From Octopus bimaculoides (lineage: Eukaryota): a stretch of 35,588 bases of DNA. Made by a program: the position numbers and the translations under genes. The notes below the pieces were generated by a model, which searched no databases, was not told the origin of the DNA, and saw only the letters and a list, made by a program, of their open reading frames with translations. The stretch covers positions 5,905,555 to 5,941,142 of the forward strand of contig NC_069006.1 of assembly GCF_001194135.2 (NCBI RefSeq), in the 5' to 3' direction. Shown here piece by piece: positions 1 to 11,030 of the stretch (the stretch's first letter is position 1; each line of letters opens with the position of its first letter).

Positions 1-41
<41 letters not shown>

Positions 42-43
42 TA

Positions 44-186
44 CGACGGGCTTCTTTTAGTTTCCATCTCCCAAATCCACTCACAAGGCTTTGGTCGGCC
101 CGAGGCTATAATAGAAGACACTTGCCCAAGGTGCCATGCAGTGGGACTGAACCTGAAACCATGTGGTTTGTAAGCAAACTATTAAC
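44..186 (-). mobile_element. SINE family A, 5' half
   Basis: Reverse match to 14311-14470. Confidence 0.85.
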
Positions 187-194
187 ATCTGTAC

Positions 195-488
195 TCCATG
201 TTGGCATGGGTTGGATGATTTGACAGGTTCTGGCAAGCTGGAGCGCTGCACCAGGCTCTAATTATCTGTTTTGGCATGGTTTCTATGGCCAACTACTTTA
301 CAAAGTGTAATGGGTGATTTTATATATATATTCCAGTCTGTTGAGTGGTTGGTCTTAGGAAGGGCATCCAGCTGTGAAAACCATGTCAAAACAGAAACAA
401 AAGCCTGGTGTTGTCTTCTGCCTAGCCAGCTCCTGTCAAACCATCCAACCAGCATGGAACGTAGACGTTAAACAATGATGATGATGAT
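195..488. mobile_element. Two older fragments of the RTE-tail repeat family (about 195-305 minus, about 335-488 plus)
   Basis: Share ggttgg..aggaagggcatccagctgt, ccatccaacc..gcatggaa and a (GAT)n tail with 770-933. Confidence 0.65.
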
Positions 489-496
489 ATATGCAT

Positions 497-933
497 ACTG
501 AGGGAACCCGTGGAAGAGGTAGGCCCAGGAAGACCTGGGCTGAGGTGGTGAGGCAAGACCTTCGTACATTGGGCCTCACCGAGGCGATGACTACGGACCG
601 AGACCTTTGGAAATGGGCTGTGCGTGAGAAGACCCGGCAAGCCAAGTAAGATCGTTGCCAGTGCCCCTGGACTGGTTCTTGTGCGGGTGGCACANNNNNN
701 NNNNCATAAAAGACACCATTTCGAGCGTGGCCGTTTTCGTGCGGGTGACACGTAAAAGCACCCACTACACTCTCTGAGTGGTTGGCGTTAGGAAGGGCAT
801 CCAGCTGTAGAAACTCTGCCAAATCAGACTGGAGCCTGGTGTTGCCATCCGGTTTCACCAGTCCTCAGTCAAATCGTCCAACCCATGCTAGCATGGAAAG
901 CGGACGTTAAACGATGATGATGATGATGATGAT
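497..933 (+). mobile_element. 5'-truncated RTE-type non-LTR retrotransposon (ORF C-terminus, 3' UTR, (GAT)n tail)
   Basis: Frame 500-649 reads EGTRGRGRPRKTWAEVVRQDLRTLGLTEAMTTDRDLWKWAVREKTRQAK*, the GRPRKTW...DR..W C-terminal motif typical of RTE-clade LINEs. It is followed by a UTR ending gcggacgttaaac(gat)n. Confidence 0.85.
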
Positions 934-943
934 ACATATACAT

Positions 944-1098
944 GACAAGGCTTCTTTTAGTTTCTGCCTGTAAGATCTATTCAGAAAGCTTTGGTGAGCC
1001 TGCTGCTATACTAGAAGACACTTGTTCAAGGTGCCACACAGTGAGATTGAACTCAAATCCTTTGTGGTTGGGTAGCATATTTTCTTACCGCACAGCTA
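944..1098 (-). mobile_element. SINE family A, diverged 5' half
   Basis: ggcttcttttagtttctg...agaagacacttgttcaaggtgcc, reverse match to family A. Confidence 0.7.
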
Positions 1099-2160
1099 TG
1101 TCTGCATCTATACATGTCTGTGTATGTAAACGTGTGTGTGTGTAATGTACTGTAACAAATTCTGTTCCACTCCCATTGAGCTGTATCAAATCACAGTAGT
1201 TGATCAGATTAACAACTGTAATCCTCTCTTGGAACTGTAAACACATAGATTCTGAATGAATACCATGAAATTTGTGTTTGTAAGCATGTGTGTGTAGGCG
1301 TCTGTTTATGTAGGCATGTAATTGTGTGTATGGGTGTGTGTGTGTGTGCTTGTGTACCATAGCCTATGTGTTTGTATGTGCGTATCTGATCATTTTGTGT
1401 GTGTGTGGTGGTGGTGGTGGNNNNNNNNNNNNNNNNNNNNNNNNNNNNNNNNNNNNNNNNNNNNNNNNNNNNNNNNNNNNNNNNNNNNNNNNNNNNNNNN
1501 NNNNNNNNNNNNNNNNNNNNNNNNNNNNNNNNNNNNNNNNNNNNNNNNNNNNNNNNNNNNNNNNNNNNNNNNNNNNNNNNNNNNNNNNNNNNNNNNNNNN
1601 NNNNNNNNNNNNNNNNNNNNNNNNNNNNNNNNNNNNNNNNNNNNNNNNNNNNNNNNNNNNNNNNNNNNNNNNNNNNNNNNNNNNNNNNNNNNNNNNNNNN
1701 NNNNNNNNNNNNNNNNNNNNNNNNNNNNNNNNNNNNNNNNNNNNNNNNNNNNNNNNNNNNNNNNNNNNNNNNNNNNNNNNNNNNNNNNNNNNNNNNNNNN
1801 NNNNNNNNNNNNNNNNNNNNNNNNNNNNNNNNNNNNNNAAAAAAAAAAAAAAAAAAAAAAGAGAAAAACAAAAATTTTCAAGAAAATACATTTATTTTGT
1901 GTCAAAATGGGTTTAGCATTGGTTTCGATGATGATCATTCCAGCTGTTCTCATCAACTGTACCACAATTGTATTATCATAGTGTAAGGGACATAGATCAG
2001 AGATACCGGTTGCGTTAATACAAGCAGAATCTGCATGACATAGCATGTTGACAAGGCTGGTCCTTCCTTTTGCCTGTAGAGTACGTTTAACTCTTTAACA
2101 TTCAGAGTACTCGGCCAATGCTTATTTAATCATGTTGTTTTGAATTAATCATGCACATGA

Positions 2161-2450
2161 TTCATCATCATCGTCGTTTAACGTCCGCTTTCCATGCTAG
2201 CATGGGTTGGACGATTTGACTGAGGACTGGTGAACCGAACGGCTACACCAGGCTCCAATCTGATTTGGCAGAGTTTCTACAGCTGGATGCCCTTCCTAAT
2301 GCCAACCACTCTGAGAGTGTAGTGGGTGCTTTTACATGCCACCAGCACGAGGGCCAGTCAGGCGTTACTGGCAACGGCCACGCTCAAGATGGTGTTTTTT
2401 TACGTGCCACCTGCACAGGAGCTAGTCCAGGGGCACTGGCAATGACCTCG
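2161..2450 (-). mobile_element. RTE-tail family copy, nested inside a TTAA-MITE
   Basis: Reverse-complement match to 650-933 (catcatcatcgtcgtttaacgtccgctttccatgctagcatgggttggacg...). MITE sequence resumes on both sides. Confidence 0.85.
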
Positions 2451-2726
2451 CTCTTATTTTTAGAATGACATAGTGGGGTAGGTGTGAAAGGTAGATCTGA
2501 TTGATTTGAACGTAAAACAGGTAGAATATTTGGGCCAAATATAGCCAATTTAAATGCTAAAGGGTTGCTTGGTGGTGAACTGAGGCTATTAGAGAAAACC
2601 TGTATGAGGTGTCATGTAAACTCTCTGCTTAGCACAGCATCTTTTCAAGGCTGGCCTTTCCAGTTGATGGTAGAGGACATTTGTCCCTTTAGCTTTCAGA
2701 TTGTTCTGTCAGATGTTTGCTTTTGC

Positions 2727-3106
2727 TGGCACTCCGTCGCTTACGACGTCGAGGGTTCCAGTTGATCCGATCAACGGAACAGCCTGCTCGTGAAATTAAC
2801 ATGCAAGTGGCTGAGCACTCCACAGATACGTGTACCCTTAACGTAGTTCTCGGGGATATTCAGCGTGACACAGTGTGACAAGGCTGACCCTTTGAATTAC
2901 AGGCACAACAGAAACAGGAAGTAAGAGTGAGAGAAAGTTGTGGTGAAGGAGTACAGCAGGGTTCGCCACCATCCCCTGCCGGAGCCTCGTGGAGCTGTAG
3001 GGGTTTTCGCTCAATAAACACTCACAACGCCCGGTCTGGGAATCGAAACCGCGATCCTATGACCACGAGTCCGCTGCCCTAACCACTGGGCCATTGCGCC
3101 TCCACT
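2727..3106 (-). mobile_element. SINE family B, full length, tRNA-derived head; nested in a MITE
   Basis: On minus: ggaggcgcaatggcccagtggttagggcagcggactcgtggtc...ggtttcgattccc (A/B boxes). Flanked by a diverged duplication ctgtcagatgt / ctgtcaaatgt. Possibly related to the published octopus tRNA-derived OR/OK SINEs (not verified). Confidence 0.85.
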
Positions 3107-4717
3107 GTCAAATGTAAAGCTTATTTATTCACATTGTTTGGAATTAATCAGTCATCATCTCATAGCTTTGAGATTTCAATGATGTGATTGTTTATTTGCA
3201 CAATGACATTGTTGGGTAGGTGTGAAAGGCCAAATCTAGTCAGTTTGAACACAAAACGTATAGAATATCTGGGCTGGGTGTGGCTAGTTTAATCCTGTAG
3301 CATTCAGGTTACTCTGTCAAATGTAGTGCTTATTATTTATTCACATTGTTTTGAATTAACCATGCATTACCATGATGGTGCTCCAGCATGACCACAGCTG
3401 CATAACTGAAATGAGTAAAAGAATAAAAGAATATCTTGTAGTTCTGAGATTTTTATGATTTGATTGTTTATTTTTAGAATGACATTGTGGGGTGTGTGTG
3501 AGAGGCTAGATCTTACTTGTTTGAAGGTAAAACAGGCAGAAAATTTGGGCCAGATCTGGCCAGTTTAATCCTTCAGCATTTGAGATTATTCTGTTAAATG
3601 TGTTACTTATTTATTTACATTGTTTTCAATCAATCTTGCATTATCTCAAAGCTCTGATATTTTGATGATGTGATTGTTTATAGAGCAACATTGTAGGGTT
3701 GGTGTGAGAGACTGGATTTGGCCAGTTTGATCATAAAACAAGTAGAATATTTGGGTCTGATATGGCTAGTTTAAATTCCAAATGGTTAACGACCAAACTG
3801 CAAGAAAATAATCACATTAACCCGTTAGCATTCAGGATCCCTCTCTGTCAAATGTGAAGCTTATTTATTCCCAGTGGTTTGAATTAATCATGCATTATCT
3901 TGCAGCTTGGAGATTTCAGTGGTGTTATTGTTTATCATTAGAATGACATTGCAGGGTAGGTGTGAGAGGCTGGATCTGGCAAGTTTGAACAAAAAAAACA
4001 GGTAGAATATTTGGGTCAGATATGGCTAATTTAAATGTTAATGAGTTAACGTGTTTCCATACATTTTCCTTTGACTCAGTTTCCCTCGTAAGGCTTGGAG
4101 GTGGACTGAAGCTGTTGGGGTAGACACTTTGCATATAAAGTGCCACATGCAGACTTTCTGCTTGAACCAGCATGTTGAGAAAGCTGGCCCTTATTATTGC
4201 TGGCAGAGTACATTCAACCCTTTAGCATCCAGATCCCTCTCTGTCAAATGTAATGTGTATTTATTCACATTGTTTTGAAATAATCATACATTATCTCATA
4301 ACTTCAAGATTTCAATGATGTGATTTTTTTACTTTTAGAATGACATTGTAGGGGAGGTGTGAGAGGCCAGATATGGTTGGTTTGAACATAGAATATTTAG
4401 GCTAGATGTGGCCAGTTTAAAGGGTTGCTTGGTGAATTGAAAGCTTTAATTTAGCTCACTTTAAAATTGGGTGGTTTCAGGCAGATTAGTATCAAAACGG
4501 TTAAAAGTTTTTCTCATTCTCTCTCCTTGTCTTCCAACTCTCTCTATTTATTTGTGTGAATGTATTTCTCTTTACACATATAAGCAGAAGGAGTGTTTAT
4601 GCCTGTTAATTAATTGAAAATTAATTAGCTGTAATCTCTCACTCTTTTTTTATACTTCCTATCTGTATATTTCTGTGTGCATGTGTGTGTGTGTGTGCTT
4701 GCCTCTACTGCCAAAAA

Positions 4718-4961
4718 CAGTGGTTCTCAACTGAAGTCCATATATGAATTTTTTGTTGAAATTCATGTGCAATAAATTGTTTATACTTTTTCAATATATG
4801 AAATATTTTAACAATTTTTTTTTTATGCAATTTCTAATATTTAATTCTAAAAATGTTTTTTTCTTTTTTTAAACATCAAATGGCTAGGAGGTTCCACCTG
4901 AGTAAAATAGGAATTGAAGGGGGTCCATAAATGAAAAAAAAATGGTTGTTGAGAAACACTG
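4718..4961. mobile_element. hAT (Charlie-like) MITE
   Basis: TIRs cagtggttctcaac / gttgagaaacactg. Perfect 8-bp target duplication gccaaaaa at 4710-4717 and 4962-4969. Confidence 0.9.
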
Positions 4962-5663
4962 GCCAAAAAGTACCATTGCCAAAACAGACTGAATATCAAG
5001 TCAGTTGTGTCAAATCAGCAGCGTCCAAGCATTTGGGTTCAGCCAATCTCATCCTGAATTTCTAAGCTCTTCTCTATTCATCTGTCCTGTCGTCTATACA
5101 TATTACATATCCATAACACCACCGTTGTCTGTCTTCCAAACTACATTTGATTCTTCTTTGGCTTAATTTTTCTCTCAGCTCATCTGGGTTTATAAAAAGA
5201 ATCCAGTATATTTATTAGAAAGAAACTCATTCTAGCTATGATCTTTTACTCTTTCCTCTCTCAACCATAATCTATTCCTGACTACATTTTCGAATTACTT
5301 TCTTTCTTAAACTAGTAAGGAGTGGTTTGAGGGGTTTTTTTGGCTGCTATTTCTTGCTGGACATCTAGCTATTAGAGGAATCAGATGTCATTTTTATTAC
5401 AAAAAAGACATTTCATATGTGTTCATTTAGTCATTTTCCCTCTTCAATATAATATCTATCACTACATTTTCAAATAAGTTTCTTTCTTAGACTGGTAGAG
5501 AGTGGTTTGAGACATGTCTCGGCTGCTATTTCTCACAGGACATTTGGGTATAAGTGGAATTAGATATTTTATTTTAAAAGCCATCTGTCTGTGATCTTTT
5601 AGTCATTTTCCTCTCCAGCATAATATATCTACCACTACATTTTCAAATGACTTCCCTTCTTAG

Positions 5664-5871
5664 CCCTTTAGAATTCATCCTTCTCTCAAACATAACTCTT
5701 ATTTATTTGCAATAGTTTGAATTAATCATGCATCTTCTCGTAACTTTGAGATTTTGATGAGGTAACTGTCAAGTTTTCAAATGATATTGTAGGGTTTATA
5801 TGAGAGGCTACATCTGGTCAGTTTGAGCATAAAAAAGGCAGAATATTTTGGCTAGATTAAATGCTAAAGGG
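5664..5871 (+). mobile_element. TTAA-type MITE, same family, inserted in the 180-bp array
   Basis: ttag|ccctttagaattc ... aatgctaaaggg|ttaa. The host repeat unit resumes after ttaa. Confidence 0.85.
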
Positions 5872-5975
5872 TTAAACTGTAGGAAGTGGTTTGAAACATG
5901 TCTTGGCTGTTATTTCTTGCAGGTCTCTGTGTATAAGACGAATCAGATATTATTTTCATCTATGCTCATTTACTC

Positions 5976-6527
5976 ATTCACTTGTTTCAGTTATTTGACT
6001 GCGGCCATGCTGGAGCACCACCTTTAGTCAAGCAAATCGACCCCAGGACTTATTCTTTGGATGCCTAGTACTTATTCTATCGGTCTCTTTTGCCAAACCA
6101 CTAAGTTACGAGGACGTAAACACACCACCATCAATTGTCAAGCGATGTTGGAGGGACACATACATACACACATATATNNNNNNNNNNNNNNNNNNNNNNN
6201 NNNNNNNNNNNNNNNNNNNNNNNNNNNNNNNNNNNNNNNNNNNNNNNNNNNNNNNNNNNNNNNNNNNNNNNNNNNNNNNNNNNNNNNNNNNNNNNNNNNN
6301 NNNNNNNNNNNNNNNNNNNNNNNNNNNNNNNNNNNATATATATATATATATATATATATATATACGATGGGCTTCTTTCAGTTTCCGTCTAGCAAATCCA
6401 CTCAAGGTTTTGGTTGGCCCGAGGCTATAGTAGAAGACACTTGCCCAAGGTGCTATGCAGTGTGAATGAACCCAGAACCATGTGGTTGGTAAGCAAGCTA
6501 CTTACCACACAGCCACTCCTGTGCCTA
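5976..6527 (-). mobile_element. SINE family A, near full length (spans an N gap)
   Basis: 3' end cacttgtttcagttatttgactgcggccatgctggagcacc at 5979 and head cttaccacacagccactcctg near 6520. Confidence 0.85.
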
Positions 6528-7754
6528 TTTCGTCATTTTTTCTCTCCACTATAATATATCCAGTGCTACATTTTCAAACGATTTCCTTTCTTAAACTGCT
6601 AAGGAAGTAAGGAATGATTTGATGGATGTTTTGGCTGCTATTTTTAGCATGACATCTAGCTATAAGAGGATTCATGTATTATTTTCATTATAAAAGACAT
6701 CATGTGCACTCATTTAGTCATTTTCTCCATCATCATATATCCACTGCCACATTATCAAACAAGTTTTTTTTTTTTTAAACTGCTAGGAATTGATGTTTGA
6801 CTGCTCTTTCTTGCAAGTCAAGCAACTGTCTAGAGACTCCCTAATTGGTTCCCTAGTTTTAGAAGCAGTGCTGCATTTAGCTATTCTCACAATGTCTTCT
6901 AGATTTTGAAGCAATAACTTTCCACGGAATCTAATACATTAAATCAACATTGAAAGATCTTATCACCCCACTCCACCCCCACCCTCCCCTACTGTTACTC
7001 TGAGATTTATGGAGTCATGCAGTACACACTNNNNNNNNNNNNNNNNNNNNNNNNNNNNNNNNNNNNNNNNNNNNNNNNNNNNNNNNNNNNNNNNNNNNNN
7101 NNNNNNNNNNNNNNNNNNNNNNNNNNNNNNNNNNNNNNNNNNNNNNNNNNNNNNNNNNNNNNNNNNNNNNNNNNNNNNNNNNNNNNNNNNNNNNNNNNNN
7201 NNNNNNNNNNNNNNNNNNNNNNNNNNNNNNNNNNNNNNNNNNNNNNNNNNNNNNNNNNNNNNNNNNNNNNNNNNNNNNNNNNNNNNNNNNNNNNNNNNNN
7301 NNNNNNNNNNNNNNNNNNNNNNNNNNNNNNNNNNNNNNNNNNNNNNNNNNNNNNNNNNNNNNNNNNNNNNNNNNNNNNNNNNNNNNNNNNNNNNNNNNNN
7401 NNNNNNNNNNNNNNNNNNNNNNNNNNNNNNNNNNNNNNNNNNNNNNNNNNNNNNNNNNNNNNNNNNNNNNNNNNNNNNNNNNNNNNNNNNNNNNNNNNNN
7501 NNNNNNNNNNNNNNNNNNNNNNNNNNNNNNNNNNNNNNNNNNNNNNNNNNNNNNNNNNNNNNNNNNNNNNNNNNNNATGAACTCAGTACCGGCTGAGCAC
7601 TTGGAGTCAAAGTAATTGACTTAGCCCACCCCCCCCAAAAAAAAAATTTGCTGGCCTTGTGCTAAAATTTAAAAGCAGTATTTTTGCTGATCCCTTATGT
7701 TTTAAATTCAAACCCTACCAAAGACCACATATATGTATTTAGGTGTGTGTGTGT

Positions 7755-8062
7755 CTGTGTGGCTTAGTGGTTAGGGCATTCAGCTCACCATCATAAAGTC
7801 ATGAGTTCAATTCCTGGTGATGGCATTGTGTCCTTGAGCAAGACACTTTATTTTCACATTGCTGGCAAAAATGAGTTGTGCCTGTATTTCAAAGGGGCCA
7901 GCCTTGTCACACTCTGTGTCACGCTGAACCTCACCAAAGAACTACTTTAAGGGTACACGTGTCTGTGGAGTTCTCAGCCACTTGCATGTTAATTTCATGA
8001 GCAGGCTGTTACGTTGGTCGGATCAACTGGAACCCTTGTCATCCTAACCAATGGAGTGCCAG
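7755..8062 (+). mobile_element. SINE family B, diverged
   Basis: gtggcttagtggttagggc...gagttcaattcc head. Body ccttgtcacactctgtgtcacgctgaa...ggatcaactggaaccc matches 2727-2900. Confidence 0.8.
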
Positions 8063-8351
8063 TATGTGTGTGTGGCTGTGTGTATGTTTGACTCCTGGTT
8101 TTCACATTTTGCCTGATTGTTGTAAACGAGTGTCTCTGTATCATAAGCAGTGCCATTCAGTCTTTCATTTCCAATATTGTGCAGAAACATGTCTGCCCAT
8201 GGGGGAAATATTATTTACATGATTGGAAACAGGTGGGGATTGGTGACAGGAAGGGCAACTGGTTGTAGAAAATCTGCCTTAATAAACTCAGTCCAACCCA
8301 TGTAAATATGGAAAAGTGGATGTTAAATGATGCTGATATATATCATTGTCG

Positions 8352-8393
<42 letters not shown>

Positions 8394-8454
8394 CCATCAT
8401 GATTTAATGTCTGTTTTCCATGCTGGCATGGGTTGAATGGTTCCCTTCCGAGGC

Positions 8455-8724
8455 CCAAACCTGGGCAAGGTTGTTTATAAAGCCCAGCAGTTGCCCCTGG
8501 ATACCAGCCTCTTCTCTCCAGGCCACTGATGTTATCCAAGGGAAAAGCAAAAGCTGATACAGCTTGGCACTAGTGTTGTCGCAACTCATTTCTACAGCTG
8601 AGTGAACCAGAGCAATATGAAATAATGCACATTGCTCAAGAACACAATGCACAGCCCTGTCTGGGAATCAAACTCACTACCCCATAATTCCAAGCCTGAC
8701 ACTCTAACCACTGAGCCACGCACT
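8455..8724 (-). mobile_element. SINE family E (tRNA-like head on minus strand); a plus-strand 3' piece lies at about 30318-30530
   Basis: Minus head gtgcgtggctcagtggttagagtgtcagg...gagtttgattccc. Shares tcagctgtagaaatgagttg and ttcccttggataacatcagtgg with 30335-30395. Confidence 0.7.
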
Positions 8725-8819
8725 GTCTCATGCATCACGGTATAGTTTGTTTTAACAGAACATTCACGTTTAAGTGGGGATAAATATTACTTCCCAAGAT
8801 ATATATATATATATATATA

Positions 8820-8853
<34 letters not shown>

Positions 8854-8854
<1 letters not shown>

Positions 8855-9179
8855 TGTATTTGGGGATGGTCATGTTTCCAGTTTAGCCAATAAAAACACA
8901 CGCACTATATATTTGGTGTTAATTTGCTTCAACTTCATTTTACATTAATCGTATTTCGGCCAGAGTTCTTTCGTCAAAATGGCTGATCGTTAGTAAGGAA
9001 AGACACACAAATAAGAAAGAAGAAAGCAAAGGACCACTGATGAGGTCACAGAAGTGTAGCGAAAGAACTCTGGCCGAAACAGGATTAATGTAAAATAAAG
9101 CTGAAGCAAATTAACACCAAATATATAGTGCGTGTGTTTTTATTGGCTAAACTGGCAGCATGACCATCCCCAAATACAA
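8854..9179. mobile_element. Foldback/palindromic element with ~120-bp inverted arms
   Basis: Arm 8854-8973 is the near-perfect reverse complement of 9060-9179, with an 86-bp spacer. Confidence 0.85.
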
Positions 9180-9949
9180 CAATATCTGTTTCAACACACG
9201 ATTTCACATCAAGAATCTTGCAAAACGAATATATAAACGTAATATATATATATATAATATACACACACACAATTACTCTTTTACTCTTTTACTTGTTTCA
9301 GTCACTTGACNNNNNNNNNNNNNNNNNNNNNNNNNNNNNNNNNNNNNNNNNNNNNNNNNNNNNNNNNNNNNNNNNNNNNNNNNNNNNNNNNNNNNNNNNN
9401 NNNNNNNNNNNNNNNNNNNNNNNNNNNNNNNNNNNNNNNNNNNNNNNNNNNNNNNNNNNNNNNNNNNNNNNNNNNNNNNNNNNNNNNNNNNNNNNNNNNN
9501 NNNNNNNNNNNNNNNNNNNNNNNNNNNNNNNNNNNNNNNNNNNNNNNNNNNNNNNNNNNNNNNNNNNNNNNNNNNNNNNNNNNNNNNNNNNNNNNNNNNN
9601 NNNNNNNNNNNNNNNNNNNNNNNNNNNNNNNNNNNNNNNNNNNNNNNNNNNNNNNNNNNNNNNNNNNNNNNNNNNNNNNNNNNNNNNNNNNNNNNNNNNN
9701 NNNNNNNNNNNNNNNNNNNNNNNNNNNNNNNNNNNNNNNNNNNNNNNNNNNNNNNNNNNNNNNNNNNNNNNNNNNNNNNNNNNNNNNNNNNNNNNNNNNN
9801 NNNNNNNNNNNNNNNNNNNNNNNNNNNNNNNNNNNNNNNNNNNNNNNNNNNNNNNNNNNNNNNNNNNNNNNNNNNNNNNNNNNNNNNNNNNNNNNNNNNN
9901 NNNNNNNNNNNNNNNNNNNNNNNNNNNNNNNNNNNNNNNNNNNNNNNNN

Positions 9950-10002
<53 letters not shown>

Positions 10003-10112
10003 CATATATTTATTTATATGTATGTATGTTTTAGTGCAATTAACTCCTGTTTGTATATCCAAGACATATGTTTTTATATATTCCTCCATGTCTGTCTGTT
10101 TGTCTTTTGCAG

Positions 10113-10195
10113 TGCTAACCCTCCACACCATGGCAGAGAAAATGAACCATGCGATACGTGTACAGAAACAGAATCCATTTTAAGTAGTCGAAGAG
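10113..10195 (+). CDS. DVL: Dishevelled internal coding exon (linker after DIX domain), 83 bp, phase 2 start / phase 1 end
   Basis: Acceptor tgtcttttgcag| and donor GAG|gtaac. Encodes (H)ANPPHHGRENEPCDTCTETESILSSRR(G), resembling the Dvl segment after RPPSFH with the TETES/TETDS motif. Phase joins correctly to exon 28964. Confidence 0.8.
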
Positions 10196-10489
10196 GTAAC
10201 ATTCTTTTTTTTTTATATATATATATGTTTGTCCATTGTTTATTACTTTTTTGTTTTTAAAAATATTTTTCTCTGCTGCTGCTCCTTATGTTGTTGCTGT
10301 TTTCTGTGAGAAGATAACTGGGTAAGTTAGTGTGAAAGGGTTTAATAAACAAAAGGGGTCCAGTGTGTGAGTGCAGCTCTGGTCCTGCTCGATGACTGAT
10401 TGAGAAGCATGAGGTTTGCTGGACTATTCGTATTGCAGTTGTTGTTGTTTCTGTAGGATTTTTGCTTCCTTTTCCACTTCGTCTTGTTG

Positions 10490-10725
10490 TTCATCTCTAC
10501 CATCACAATCACCATAACAACCACTGCTGCCACCACCAGTACCATCACCACCACAACCACTGCCATTATCACTACAACCACTACCACTATAACAACCACC
10601 ACCACCGCAACCAACAGTACCACAACCAACACTACCACCACAATCATTACCATCACTACCACTATCATCACCACAGTCACCACCATTACTGCTGTTGCCA
10701 TCGCTACCACCACCACCACCACCTG
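10490..10725. repeat. Degenerate (CAC/CAA/CAT/TAC)n trinucleotide tract
   Basis: Low-complexity sequence giving His-rich, Thr-rich and Val-rich pseudo-ORFs. Confidence 0.85.
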
Positions 10726-11030
10726 GTGAATAAATGAAGACTTATTTTCAGATGTAAAATTAGACTTTAGATTTTTCTGGGACCTTCATGCACCTTGCCA
10801 CTCACAAAACGTCTGAGCTGCTGGTACATTGCCAGGGATTATAATTAGCACTGGGATACTCTTCTTCTTCTTCAGAATTCCTTCCAGAAAAAAAAGAAAA
10901 AAAAGAAAAAGACAAATAACACAAAATAAGATATTCATCTGGATATAGTAGAGGTGGTGGTTATGGTGCGTGTGTGTGTGTGATACATGCATATATGTGG
11001 CTGTGTGTGTGTGTGTGTGTGTGTATGTGT

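Larger units (their letters stand above)
2084..4426 (+). mobile_element. Cluster of about six copies of a ~210-290 bp TTAA-type (piggyBac-like) MITE
   Basis: Copies start near 2084, 2685, 3292, 3570, 3819 and 4214. Ends resemble ttaaCCCTTTAGCATT / AATGCTAAAGGGtt. Shared body tgtcaaatgt..gcttatttattcacattgttttgaattaatcatgc...agaatgacattgtagggtaggtgtgagagg. Confidence 0.8.
5240..6830. repeat. Local tandem array, ~175-185-bp unit, about five copies, interrupted by a MITE and a SINE
   Basis: The anchor (a/g)ctacattttc recurs at 5281, 5461, 5634, 6565 and (diverged) 6746. The unit also carries tttcttaaact, gtggtttga, ttggctgctatttct and tttagtcatttt. Confidence 0.8.

Noticed and set aside
1839-1860. 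Poly(A) run as a retrocopy tail
   Set aside because: It abuts an N gap, so the upstream context is unknown and it cannot be assigned.
3030-3106. tRNA gene (also the heads at 7755, 8650-8724, 14311 and 35410)
   Set aside because: A/B-box-like motifs are present, but I could not fold a proper cloverleaf and each continues into a repeated SINE body.
10311-10321. 11-nt microexon (gag|AAGATAACTGG|gtaagt)
   Set aside because: Atypical GAG acceptor, and it would shift the frame between the flanking phase-1 junctions.
10342-10737. His-rich, Thr-rich and Val-rich ORFs
   Set aside because: All frames of one degenerate trinucleotide tract. No splice or homology support; a similar tract occurs at 20757-20912.
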